DNA from: an uncultured Oscillospiraceae bacterium
GTDB lineage: Bacteria; Bacillota; Clostridia; Christensenellales; CAG-314
Direction: 5' to 3'
Assembly (NCBI GenBank): GCA_964607155.1
Contig: CAZSIF010000002.1
Coordinates: 33,124 to 97,123, forward strand
DNA: 64,000 nt
Shown piece by piece: positions 27,342 through 37,107 of the stretch. Positions within the stretch are counted from its first letter, which is position 1. Each line of letters opens with the position of its first letter. Under the pieces are notes generated by a model. That model worked only from the letters and a program-made list of their open reading frames with translations. It was not told the origin of the DNA and searched no databases. A program made the position numbers and the translations under genes.

Positions 27342-29204
27342 ATGAAAATTATTTCGGTATCCGTTTCGTCCTTCGGTAAGCTCAAAAACCTTAATTTGCG
27401 CTTTTACGACGGCATAAATGTGTTTCAAAATGTAAACGGTTTTGGCAAAACGACGCTTGCGGCATTTATCCGCGCAATGCTGTACGGGCTAAATTACAGT
27501 TACACAAAACGCAAAAACGAGCGTGTAAACGATGTCACTCGCTATGCGCCGTGGGACGGAGGCCGCTTTGGCGGTAGCATGCTTGTGGAGCATAACGGCG
27601 ACACGTTCCGTATCGAACGCTTTTTTGGCGCAACCGCCAAGTCGGAAACGTTAACCGTTTACAACGAGCGCACGGGCGTTTCGGTAGATATCGGCATGTC
27701 CCCGGGTGAGTTCTTTTTGGGGCTTACGGTGGAAAGCTACGATAGATCTGCGTACTTGCCGCAGGAAGCTGTCGAGCTTGCGCCAAACGAAAACCTTGAC
27801 GCACGTCTTGCCAAACTTGTGCAAAACGGCGCGGAAGATTACGATAAGATTCAAGCCAAGTTGCTTGCCTATTGTCGCGAGCGAAAGGCAGGCAGGGGGA
27901 ATGGCGGCAGTATCGACGTGTTGGAAGGAACTATCGATACGTTGAGGCGGCAGCTATATGATGCCGAACAAGCCGATTGCAGGCAGGCAGAGGTCGCTGC
28001 GAGAAAAAGGAAGCTCGCCGATGAATTGGCAACGCTGCAGCAACAAAAAAGAAATAACGACAAAGGGCTTGACGGCTTAAAGCAACAGCGCGCGCGTATG
28101 CAGCCTAACGAAGGGCAGATACGGGAAAAAGAACGCTTCGACGAGGCGTGCAAAACGCTCAATAGCTATCCGAAAGAATTTGCGTCCGATTGTGCGCGAG
28201 CGGAGGAACTTGCCGAAATGTTGGAGCAGGCGGAAAAACCTCGCCCGAGCAAGCTCAAATATGTGCTACTCGCAATAGCAGCATTGCTGTGCCTTGCCGG
28301 AGTGGGAGTGATGCTTGTAAGCCCTTACGGCGGTATTGCCATGCTTGCTGCAGGAGTGTGTATCGGCGTTGCGGCATTTTGCGTGCGTATGCAAAGGTAT
28401 GCGCCTTCGGAAACCGATAACGAACGGCGCAAGGAGTTTTTTGCCATTGCGGCAAGGTATCTTTTTTGCGAGGGCAAGGACGTGCCTGCAATACGCAAGC
28501 AGCTGAAAGAAATGTACAAGCCGTACGAACACGAGCTTAATGTTTACAATATAATAGGTAAAATGCTGGCGCAATCCGGCGTGGGCGGTGATACGTCGAA
28601 AATAGACGGACAAATAACGCTGTTACAGGCTGCGCAGGATAAGCTCGACGGGCAAATATCCGCATTGTTGACGGAGAAAGGGCGCTTAGATGCGGAAAAA
28701 AATCCGATTTATAGCAAGGCGGCTATTGAGGAGCAAATACTTGCGGCGGAACGTCGGCTACAGGAGGAAAAGGAAAATCTTATCGTTGCGGAAACAGTCG
28801 GTCACTTGCTCGAACAGGCAAAGGGCAATCTCTCCGGAAGTTATTTGCCCAAGCTGCGCGACCGTACGGCGGAGCTGTTGCAGGCGGTGACGCATGGCGA
28901 TTTTCAGGTTGCAATCGACGGTAGCTTTGCCGTTCAACTGCGGCAGAATGGTCAAACCAAAAGCCTTGCGGCATTTTCGCGCGGGGTTCGTGAAATAACT
29001 GTTTTGTGCTTTAGACTTGCGCTTTCGGAACTGCTTTTTGATGGTCAAATTCCGTTTTTGCTGGTGGACGACGCCTTTGTTAATTTTGACGAGGAAAACT
29101 TTTTGCGTGCCACCGAGCTGTTAAAGCAGCTATCTCATTCTACGCAGATTGTGTATTTTACCTGTCACAAACGTTTGGGAAGGTTGGCAACTACGGCACA
29201 GTAG
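27342..29204 (+). CDS. Rad50/SbcC-like AAA ATPase with a central membrane hairpin (YhaN-like)
   Basis: N-terminal Walker A NGFGKTT, a long coiled-coil-like region, two hydrophobic helices (YVLLAIAALLCLAGVGVMLV / IAMLAAGVCIGVAAFCV), and C-terminal FSRGVRE..LLVDDAFVNFD. Starts 4 nt after the SbcD-like stop. Confidence 0.75.
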   Translation: MKIISVSVSSFGKLKNLNLRFYDGINVFQNVNGFGKTTLAAFIRAMLYGLNYSYTKRKNERVNDVTRYAPWDGGRFGGSMLVEHNGDTFRIERFFGATAKSETLTVYNERTGVSVDIGMSPGEFFLGLTVESYDRSAYLPQEAVELAPNENLDARLAKLVQNGAEDYDKIQAKLLAYCRERKAGRGNGGSIDVLEGTIDTLRRQLYDAEQADCRQAEVAARKRKLADELATLQQQKRNNDKGLDGLKQQRARMQPNEGQIREKERFDEACKTLNSYPKEFASDCARAEELAEMLEQAEKPRPSKLKYVLLAIAALLCLAGVGVMLVSPYGGIAMLAAGVCIGVAAFCVRMQRYAPSETDNERRKEFFAIAARYLFCEGKDVPAIRKQLKEMYKPYEHELNVYNIIGKMLAQSGVGGDTSKIDGQITLLQAAQDKLDGQISALLTEKGRLDAEKNPIYSKAAIEEQILAAERRLQEEKENLIVAETVGHLLEQAKGNLSGSYLPKLRDRTAELLQAVTHGDFQVAIDGSFAVQLRQNGQTKSLAAFSRGVREITVLCFRLALSELLFDGQIPFLLVDDAFVNFDEENFLRATELLKQLSHSTQIVYFTCHKRLGRLATTAQ

Positions 29205-29427
29205 TCATTTGTCTACGAATGGTGTGGCTCGGAATTGGCGTGCGGCGTCGGTTTGGGATGGCTTGGCATTTTGGCTCACTTTGTGAACGGTGTTTGCGGC
29301 TATAGTCGTGACGACAAAAACGTAAAAAATGTAGTAGTGTGGTATAAAAGCCATTGGCGACGGGAAAAATCCTTATCAAAACAAGCCTTTGCAGTGTTTG
29401 CAAGGGCTTTTTGATAAGGAGGTTTAT

Positions 29428-30396
29428 GTGAAAAAGATATTATTGCCGTTTGTTTTGTTGCTTGTTTGCCTGTCGCTGTTTGCCTGCGAGCAAGCTCCTA
29501 AGTACGAGGAAGGGTGGACTTTCGACCAAACGCATCACTGGAAAAAGTCCTTAACTTCATCCGAGGTCGCACAAAAAGGCGAGCACGATTTCGCCGATTG
29601 GACGGTCGATAAGCAAGCTACGCATTTGGCGGAGGGGAGCCAGTCGCACAAATGCAAGGTGTGCGGCTATGAGGCGACCGAGGCGATTGGTAAGCTTGCC
29701 TGCGAAACAGCCGAGCAGCTTGCGGAAGCGGTAAATGCGTCGGAGAACGGCGATGTGGTGGATGTTAAGGGCACCATTACTTTTGGCGAGTCGTGGACGG
29801 TAAATAAATCGGTTACGCTGCAGGGCATGGGTGACGCTTGTTTTACCGGCAAGCCGCTGTACGTCAAGGCGGATTGCGATGTGGTATTCAGGAATGTGAC
29901 CTTTAGTTCGCCGGATAATTCGTCGCAGGGACATGCAAACAACAACGCTTCGTGCGTGTATGCCGTAAAGCTGACTGGAAAGCTTACCTTTGAAAACTGC
30001 ACTTTCAACAATGCGCCGTGGGATAGTTTGCAAATTACATTTCAGCCGACATCGGCGGCGGAAATTGTCGTTAAGGCGTGCACTTTCCGTAACAGCGAAA
30101 AGGGATACAGATATTTGCATCTGCAAACCACCGATGGTGAGGCTCCAAACGTAAAGCTAAGGCTTACGGATAGCACCTTTTATAATGTGTCGACAGATTA
30201 TTGCTTGGATTCCGCAATCACAGTTTACGGCTTGGTTAAAAGCAATATGACCTTTGAAAACAACACTTTTGCGGGTGAGGGCGCAACTGAACAAGGAATT
30301 ACAACTGCCGTTGTGTGGGTATCAAACGGCGTTGACCAAACAAGCTTGCTTGAACCGTCGGAAGTGGGCAAGGTGTATTCGAGTAAGGACGATTAG
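29428..30396 (+). CDS. Hypothetical lipoprotein with a CxxCG motif and parallel beta-helix-like repeats
   Basis: AAGGAGG RBS then GTG at 29428. Lipobox LFAC. H..W..ATH..G...HKCKVCG segment, then repeats of the form NCTFNN / ACTFRN / DSTFYN / NNTFAG. Confidence 0.6.
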   Translation: MKKILLPFVLLLVCLSLFACEQAPKYEEGWTFDQTHHWKKSLTSSEVAQKGEHDFADWTVDKQATHLAEGSQSHKCKVCGYEATEAIGKLACETAEQLAEAVNASENGDVVDVKGTITFGESWTVNKSVTLQGMGDACFTGKPLYVKADCDVVFRNVTFSSPDNSSQGHANNNASCVYAVKLTGKLTFENCTFNNAPWDSLQITFQPTSAAEIVVKACTFRNSEKGYRYLHLQTTDGEAPNVKLRLTDSTFYNVSTDYCLDSAITVYGLVKSNMTFENNTFAGEGATEQGITTAVVWVSNGVDQTSLLEPSEVGKVYSSKDD

Positions 30397-30603
30397 TCGT
30401 GGCATTGCATTGGAATTATAGCGGCAAAAACGCGGAGTATATTGATTTGCGCGGCAGAAAACACTTTGACGTGGGCAAAGGTTGTCGCTGCGTATGGCTT
30501 TGAATTGGATTTGTCGTCCCCAAAGCGGAGTAAATAACAAACGTGGCATATTGTTGTGTAACACTGCGGATTGCATGTGTGTGGTGTGGCAGAATGTGTC
30601 GTT

Positions 30604-30631
30604 CCCGAGGAAGTATTTCCTCGGGATTTTT
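30604..30631 (+). terminator. Intrinsic terminator
   Basis: Perfect 9-bp stem cccgaggaa / ttcctcggg, 4-nt loop, then a T5 run. Confidence 0.8.
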
Positions 30632-30669
30632 GTTGCGTAAAAATTGTCGAATAAAATGCTTTGTGAGAG

Positions 30670-30698
30670 TTGCCTTTTGCTTTGGCAAAGGGTATAAT
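30670..30698 (+). promoter_or_regulatory. Sigma-A-like promoter TTGCCT-17 nt-TATAAT
   Basis: Hexamers read directly, about 60 nt upstream of the phosphoesterase gene. Confidence 0.5.
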
Positions 30699-30759
30699 GT
30701 ATTTGTAGTAAAAATTGTTGCTTGGCTTGAGCGACAATTTGCTTTTGATGGAGGTAAAG

Positions 30760-31494
30760 GTGAAAAAGCTTGGAGTAATTACTGATGTTCACGGCAATCT
30801 GCCTGCTCTGCGAGCAATATTGGCTTTGCTTGACGATGAGGGGTGCGATGAAATTATACACATCGGCGACGTGGTTGATATTGGTCCGCAATCGAAGGAG
30901 TGCTTGCATTTGTTGTGCTCGCGCAAGGACGTGACCATGCTTTTGGGCAATCACGACAAGGATTTTTTACTTAATGACGCTGAGCACAAGTACAAATCCA
31001 ACGTGCCTGCTGAGCACAAGCAGTTTGTGTTCTCGTCCATGGGAGAGGCGGAACGAGATATTATTCGTGGCTTTGCCTTGCGCACGGAGCGCATTTGTGG
31101 CGGAAAAAAGCTTTGGTTTGCTCACTACGCATTTGAGGAGCTAAAGCCTGTGGAAAACTTTGAGTTTAGCCTTATCGACCATCATCCCACGGCGGAAAAA
31201 CTGGACGAGTTGTTTGACGGTTGGAACTGCGACGCGGTATTTTTTGGGCACAAGCACGAGCCGTGCGATATCAACGGCAAGCGTCTATATGTCGATGTTG
31301 GAAGCGTTGGTTGTCATCCCGAGCCGATGGCTACGGGTGTGATAATCGAATATGACGACAAGGCTTGGTCGTATCGTAGGGTAGAGGTGCCGTACGATAT
31401 GCCGTCTGTGCACAAAATGCTATTGGATATCCCGTGCGGCGAACACCTATATAATTTCTACTTTTTGCGTAATTGTCATCATAAGCATGATTAG
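30760..31494 (+). CDS. Metallophosphoesterase (YfcE/MJ0936-like)
   Basis: Motifs DVHGN, GDVVDIGP, GNHD and GHKH. GTG start 5 nt after GGAGG. Confidence 0.75.
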   Translation: MKKLGVITDVHGNLPALRAILALLDDEGCDEIIHIGDVVDIGPQSKECLHLLCSRKDVTMLLGNHDKDFLLNDAEHKYKSNVPAEHKQFVFSSMGEAERDIIRGFALRTERICGGKKLWFAHYAFEELKPVENFEFSLIDHHPTAEKLDELFDGWNCDAVFFGHKHEPCDINGKRLYVDVGSVGCHPEPMATGVIIEYDDKAWSYRRVEVPYDMPSVHKMLLDIPCGEHLYNFYFLRNCHHKHD

Positions 31495-31573
31495 CGTGAC
31501 ATTAACAGCTGTTTAATGGCTGTAACGGCGGCATATTGGTGTATTGGCGTGGATTCGGTGCTTGGAGGGTTTT

Positions 31574-33055
31574 ATGAAAATTGGCTTTGATAACGATAAA
31601 TATTTGCGTTTGCAAACGCAAAAGATAACGGAGCGCGTAAAAGAGTTTGGCGGAAAGCTTTACCTTGAATTTGGCGGAAAGCTGTTTGATGACTTTCATG
31701 CGGCAAGGGTGCTACCCGGATTTCAACCTGATAGTAAGGTTGTAATGCTTTCTCAAATGAAAGATGACGTTGAAGTTGTCATTGTAATAAGCGCAACGGA
31801 TATTGCTCAAAACAAGTTGCGTGGCGATATAGGCATAACCTACGACGAGGATGTGCTGCGGATGTGCGACGTGCTTACTTCGCGTGGGCTGTTTGTCGGT
31901 AGCATTGTTATATCGCATTTTTCGGAGAGTAACAGTGCGGCGTTGGCGTTCCAACGCAAGCTGGAAGCGCACGGCATAAAAGTGTACAGGCATTATCACA
32001 TTGACGGGTATCCGTCTAACGTGACGCATATCGTTTCAGAAGAGGGCTTTGGCAAAAACGAGTACATACAAACCTCTCGCAACGTGGTGGTTATAACTGC
32101 TCCCGGACCGGGGAGCGGCAAAATGGCAACGTGTCTTTCGCAAATGTATCACGACAATAAACGCGGTATTCGCTCCGGATACGCCAAGTACGAAACTTTC
32201 CCGATTTGGAATCTGCCCCTTAACCATCCGGTGAACATTGCTTACGAGGCGGCAACGGCGGATTTGGACGACGTTAATATGATAGATCCGTGGCATTTGC
32301 AGGCATATGGGCAATCGGCGGTGAATTATAATCGTGACGTGGAAGTTTTCCCTGTACTCAATGCGATTTTCAGCACCGTATTGGGCACTTCGCCGTACAA
32401 ATCGCCTACGGATATGGGCGTGAATATGGTTGGATACTGCATTTGCGATGACGAAGCTTGCAGAGAAGCCGGCAAGCAGGAGATTATCCGCAGATATCTT
32501 AATGCAAGGGTTGCTTTGCGTAAAGGGGTGGAAACCGCAGCTGTTGCCGATAAATTGGAAATAATCATGTCCAAACTCGGCTTGCGAGTGGAGGATCGTC
32601 CGGTGGTGCAGATCGCCCGAGATTTTGCTGCTGAAAAGGGCTCTACCGCTGCTGCAATGGAATTGCCGGACGGCCGCATTGTTACGGGCAAAGGCTCGGG
32701 ACTGTTGGGGTGTGCGTCTGCTATGATGCTAAATGCATTAAAGGAATTGGCTGGTTTGCCGGATGTCAAGTTGATTGCGACATCGGCATTAGAACCTATA
32801 CAAAAACTTAAAACCGCAAGTCTTGGTGATTTTGTTGCGGAACTTCACGTTGACGAGGCGTTGATTGCGTTGTCTGTATCGGCGGCGGTCAATCCAATGG
32901 CAGAGCTTGCCTTAAAGCAGCTGCCAAATCTGCGCGGTTGCCAAGCGCACGTTACCGTTATTCCGCCGCACGTCGATTCCAAAATATTCCGCAAGCTCGG
33001 CATTGATGCTACAAGCGATGCCATATATGCCACTAAGCGTGTTTATTTTGACTAA
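31574..33055 (+). CDS. UPF0371 / DUF1846 family protein
   Basis: The N-terminus MKIGFDNDKYL..Q..KI.ERV..F.GKLYLEFGGKLFDD.HAARVLPGF.PD is characteristic of this conserved family of unknown function. GGAGGG RBS present. Confidence 0.8.
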   Translation: MKIGFDNDKYLRLQTQKITERVKEFGGKLYLEFGGKLFDDFHAARVLPGFQPDSKVVMLSQMKDDVEVVIVISATDIAQNKLRGDIGITYDEDVLRMCDVLTSRGLFVGSIVISHFSESNSAALAFQRKLEAHGIKVYRHYHIDGYPSNVTHIVSEEGFGKNEYIQTSRNVVVITAPGPGSGKMATCLSQMYHDNKRGIRSGYAKYETFPIWNLPLNHPVNIAYEAATADLDDVNMIDPWHLQAYGQSAVNYNRDVEVFPVLNAIFSTVLGTSPYKSPTDMGVNMVGYCICDDEACREAGKQEIIRRYLNARVALRKGVETAAVADKLEIIMSKLGLRVEDRPVVQIARDFAAEKGSTAAAMELPDGRIVTGKGSGLLGCASAMMLNALKELAGLPDVKLIATSALEPIQKLKTASLGDFVAELHVDEALIALSVSAAVNPMAELALKQLPNLRGCQAHVTVIPPHVDSKIFRKLGIDATSDAIYATKRVYFD

Positions 33056-33290
33056 TTATGCGTGTTTAATGCTCGTTTGTGGCACTTACACCGTTGTTTG
33101 TGTAAAAATAATGTGCGCAATAAATGCAGCGTTTAAGCTGTCGATTTTTTTCAAAATGCGTGGCATTGCGTTGAGCTGTGTAAAAAAAAATGTCAAGTAA
33201 AACGATGATGTGCTTGGCGTGTGAATCGTAGTGTTGTTTGTCGTTAAGATGTGTGACTGCATTTGGGTTTGTGCGCACAGATATGATATA

Positions 33291-33338
33291 AAAAAGCCTT
33301 TGTTTTCGGCAAGAAAGTCGATAAACAAAGGCTTTTTG
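33291..33338. terminator. Bidirectional intrinsic terminator
   Basis: aaaaagcctttgtt / aacaaaggcttttt stem with flanking A and T runs, between convergent genes. Confidence 0.75.
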
Positions 33339-33351
33339 TTGCGTATGTGAA

Positions 33352-34221
33352 TTATAGCGGTCTTTCGTCACCGAGGAAAAAGGCTGCGACAGTTCCCGGA
33401 CCGCAATGGCAAGCAATAATGGGACCGATATTAAAAAGCCGAATTTGTGCGTTCGGATAGGTCTTTTCAAGGCGCGCCTGCAACTTGCGTGCGTTTTCCT
33501 CACAATCGGAGTGGGCAATAAATAGCTTTTGCGAGTAGTTTTCGCCGTCCTTGATGTGTGTGGCAATTTCCGCCTCGGTGCGAGCAAGCGCATTGCTGAC
33601 GCTCATCACCTTGTTGTAGGCGACGATTTTGCCCTGTCTGTTAAGGCGCATTATGGGGCATAGCTTTAGTATGTTGCCGATAAGTGCCGCCGGACCGGAT
33701 ACTCGTCCGCTTTTTCTAAAATAAGTTAGTGTGGTCGTAAAGAATTGGTGGTGGATTTTGGTTTTGTTTTTGTGCGTCCACTCGGCAATTTCATCGAGGC
33801 TCTTGCCTTGGTCGCGCAGGTCTAACGCAAAGTCCACCAGTAAGCCGTAGCCGGCGCAACTGCAAGTGGAGTCGATAACGGTCACGCGATTGCCGCCCTC
33901 GGCGTTTATCGTGTCCGCTGCTCTTATTGCGTTAAAAACCGATTGGGACATGCCCGAGCCAAAGGCAATATGCAAAATGTTTCCGTCGGAAAGATGTGTT
34001 CTAAAAAACTCCTCGTAGCGTTCGGCGGATATTTGCGATGTGGTGGGGCGTTTTTCGTCGATTTGTGCGTAAAACTCTTCAAGCGATTGCTTGGTGTTTT
34101 GCATTGTGTCGATGTGTTCCACGTCATTTGTAAAGTAAGAATAATGTATTGTGGGACAGTTTCGGTCAAGCATATGTTGTAACGGCATATCTACTGTTGA
34201 TTCGCAAGTGATTGTGAACAT
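33352..34221 (-). CDS. DegV-family fatty-acid-binding protein
   Basis: 289 aa with overall DegV-like sequence (..ITCESTVDMP.., ..VIDS...S.G.G..V..A). Recognised by family resemblance only. Confidence 0.8.
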   Translation of the reverse strand: MFTITCESTVDMPLQHMLDRNCPTIHYSYFTNDVEHIDTMQNTKQSLEEFYAQIDEKRPTTSQISAERYEEFFRTHLSDGNILHIAFGSGMSQSVFNAIRAADTINAEGGNRVTVIDSTCSCAGYGLLVDFALDLRDQGKSLDEIAEWTHKNKTKIHHQFFTTTLTYFRKSGRVSGPAALIGNILKLCPIMRLNRQGKIVAYNKVMSVSNALARTEAEIATHIKDGENYSQKLFIAHSDCEENARKLQARLEKTYPNAQIRLFNIGPIIACHCGPGTVAAFFLGDERPL

Positions 34222-34464
34222 AACTACTCCTTGGTTAGTGCTTTGTGGCGTACAGGCTTTTGCGCCTTGTACACTAACATTATACGCCGTTGATGAAAAA
34301 ATGCACCCTACTTGTGCAATTTTTGTTTCTACATGTCAGTTTGTGAATTCTACAGAGCCTTTCCTTGCGGTAGAGTGGTAAAATTATACTCTACCAATGG
34401 TAGAGTTGCGTTAAAATGGCGCAGTATTGTTGCAAAAATTGAAAAAATGTGCTAAAATTAAAAC

Positions 34465-35112
34465 ATGAAAGAACTCAAAGAGATTATAGCAAGCAATTTG
34501 ACGGCATATCGTCGTCGCGAAGGGCTCACACAACAACAGCTTGCGGAAAAGCTTAATTATTCGGATAAAGCAGTTAGTAAATGGGAGCGTGCGGAGTCCG
34601 TGCCGGATGTAATAGTCCTCAAAACCATCGCAGACCTTTACGGAATAACGGTAGACGACTTGTTGTGCGAAAAAATTGTTGCCACCAAAACCAAAAGAAA
34701 AGGCAAACGATTAACTCATTTGCTGGTTACCTCTCTTTCTGCCGGACTTGTTTGGCTTATTGCTACCATAGTAATGGTGGTTTGGCAGCTGATTGATAGT
34801 TCGCAGGTTGTTGCAGGATATATTTATCTTACGGCATTGCCTGTTTCGTTGATTGTGATTGTTGTATTTAGTTGCATTTGGGGCAAGCTGTGGCACACAG
34901 GGGTGTCTGTTTCCGCATTGATATGGTCGCTGTGTGTGTTGATAAACGTACTTTTGCCCTTCGAGGACTCGTGGTTAGTGTTTTTGATCGGCGCGGTTTT
35001 GCAAGTGCTTATTATATTGTGGACTTTGCTGTTGCTCGTGCTCAAAAAGGGCAAAAGGCTTACTGAAAAGACTTTTGGCACGGCGGATAATATTGCTGAT
35101 AATAGAGAATAA
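34465..35112 (+). CDS. Membrane-anchored XRE-family HTH regulator
   Basis: N-terminal HTH LTQQQLAEKLNYSDKAVSKWERAES.PD followed by about four hydrophobic helices. Confidence 0.8.
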   Translation: MKELKEIIASNLTAYRRREGLTQQQLAEKLNYSDKAVSKWERAESVPDVIVLKTIADLYGITVDDLLCEKIVATKTKRKGKRLTHLLVTSLSAGLVWLIATIVMVVWQLIDSSQVVAGYIYLTALPVSLIVIVVFSCIWGKLWHTGVSVSALIWSLCVLINVLLPFEDSWLVFLIGAVLQVLIILWTLLLLVLKKGKRLTEKTFGTADNIADNRE

Positions 35113-35337
35113 GCAGTGCGTTTGCTTCGACATGTTGCGGATAAAAGTTGATGTGTGCTTTTAATGCATATTGAACATAATACTTTTGTGTATTAAAACG
35201 GCATATCTGCGACACAACCGAACAAAACCCGTTTGTTTTATGCGAGGTAAGCAAACTTGCGGGGCTGAACTTAATATCATACATATAAAAAGGACGCTAT
35301 TCCATTGAATAACGTCCTTTGTTATTTGTGTTTGTTA

Positions 35338-36759
35338 TTAGTCTTGCTCGAGCCTTGCAACCTTTATGAGGTTGGTGCCGACTTTTTTGCCGAGCGGTAC
35401 GCCAGCTGTGATAACGATATTATCGCCCGGGGAGGCAAGCCCCATGTTGCGCACACACTCTTCGGCGTTCAAAAACATATCGTCGGTGTTATCGAACACC
35501 TGTGTGATTGCAGGGATAACGCCCCAACTTGGGGAAAGCTGATGGTAAACCTTGTCGCTGCTGGTCATTGCAATGATGGGCGCATCGGGACGGAAGCGAG
35601 AAATCATTCTTGCCGAGGTGCCGCTGGCGGTGTAGACGACAATGGCTTTTGCATCGATATCGAATGCCGTGTTGACCGTTGCGTGTGAAATGGCATCGGT
35701 GTTATCCAGCAGTGTAAAGGGGGACGATGTGTACATGTTGCGGTAATCGATGTTGCGTTCCGCCTCTTCGGCAATGCGTGCCATGGTGGAAATGGTGTTC
35801 GGCGGATTGATGCCAACCGCGCTTTCTGCTGAAAGCATCACGCAGCTTGAACCGTCGTAAACAGCATTTGCAACGTCCACGATTTCCGCTCTGGTCGGGC
35901 GCAGTTTTGTTACCATACTTTCCAACATTTCCGTTGCGGTGATAACAAATTTGCCGCTCATACGGCTTTTTGTTATCAGCATTTTTTGTGTTGCCGGCAA
36001 CTTTTCGTAGGGCAGCTCAACGCCAAGGTCACCGCGCGCAACCATTATGCCGTCGGATTCTCTTATGATATCATCGATGTTATTCACGCCGCTTTGGCTT
36101 TCGATTTTTGAAACGATACAAACGTCTTTTGCGCCGTGCTCACACAGATAGTTGCGTATTTCGTGCACACTTTCGGCATCTTGCACAAAACTTGCGGCGT
36201 ACATTTCGGCACCGTTTTTGATTCCAAAGTCAAGGTCGCTTTTATCCTGCTCGGACAAAAACGGCATGTTGAGCTTAACATTGGGCACAAATAAGCCCTT
36301 GCGGTTGCTAAGCGGTCCGCTGTTTTTGGCTTCCGTATGGATTACGCCTTCCTCAACGGCAATCACTTTGAAAATAAGCAAGCCGTCGTTGAGCAAAACA
36401 GTGTCGCCTGCCTTGACGTCCTTGTACAAATTCTTGTAGGTGATGGAAACTTTTGTTTCGTCGCCGATAACGTCCTCGCTAACAAAATCGAATTTCATTC
36501 CTTCGGTTACGTCGATTTTGTCGTTGGCAAATGTGCCTATGCGAACTTCCGGTCCCTTGGTGTCAATCATAATGGGGAGCGCAACGCCAAGGCTTCTGCG
36601 AACCTTGCGAACTGCGTCGATTTTTACCTGATGCTCGTCGTAGGTGCCGTGGCTCATATTGATGCGTGCAACGTTCATACCGGCAAGTGCCATCTTTTTT
36701 ATTTGGTCATAGGTCGAGCTCGCGGGACCGAGCGTGCAAATTATTTTGGTTTTTCTCAT
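35338..36759 (-). CDS. pyk: Pyruvate kinase
   Basis: MRKTKIICTLGPAS.., NVARINMSHG and MVARGDLGVE motifs. 473 aa. GGAGG RBS present. Confidence 0.95.
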   Translation of the reverse strand: MRKTKIICTLGPASSTYDQIKKMALAGMNVARINMSHGTYDEHQVKIDAVRKVRRSLGVALPIMIDTKGPEVRIGTFANDKIDVTEGMKFDFVSEDVIGDETKVSITYKNLYKDVKAGDTVLLNDGLLIFKVIAVEEGVIHTEAKNSGPLSNRKGLFVPNVKLNMPFLSEQDKSDLDFGIKNGAEMYAASFVQDAESVHEIRNYLCEHGAKDVCIVSKIESQSGVNNIDDIIRESDGIMVARGDLGVELPYEKLPATQKMLITKSRMSGKFVITATEMLESMVTKLRPTRAEIVDVANAVYDGSSCVMLSAESAVGINPPNTISTMARIAEEAERNIDYRNMYTSSPFTLLDNTDAISHATVNTAFDIDAKAIVVYTASGTSARMISRFRPDAPIIAMTSSDKVYHQLSPSWGVIPAITQVFDNTDDMFLNAEECVRNMGLASPGDNIVITAGVPLGKKVGTNLIKVARLEQD

Positions 36760-37107
36760 AAAACAGCCTCCGTTTTTGAGTGAGAGCTATCGTTTGGATA
36801 AAATTACCAAACCTCGCCTTATACACATTATAAACCAAGCGTCAAGTTTTGTAAAACATTATTCCCGCTTGTGTGGAAATATTTTTTTAGTAACAAAGCC
36901 GTGCACGGCAGATTTGCTACTAATGCACGGCTTATGGGGTTATTTTGTGGAGTTAATGCGAGGCTTTACGTTTGCAATTTGCAGTTAAAGCGTACTGCGT
37001 TTGTTAGCTTGTTGGTTAATGCTTTGCAACAGCATGTTTTTTTGCTGTTCGGATAACTCGTAATAGGTGGCGCGGCTATTTTGTGCGAGGGGCGTGCGCC
37101 TATTTGG

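Noticed and set aside
26309-29204. SbcD/ATPase pair as a phage-defence system (Lamassu-, Gabija- or Septu-like).
   Set aside because: The composition matches the core genome. The architecture matches the conserved YhaO/YhaN housekeeping pair, and there are no adjacent mobile or defence genes. This cannot be excluded without homology searches.
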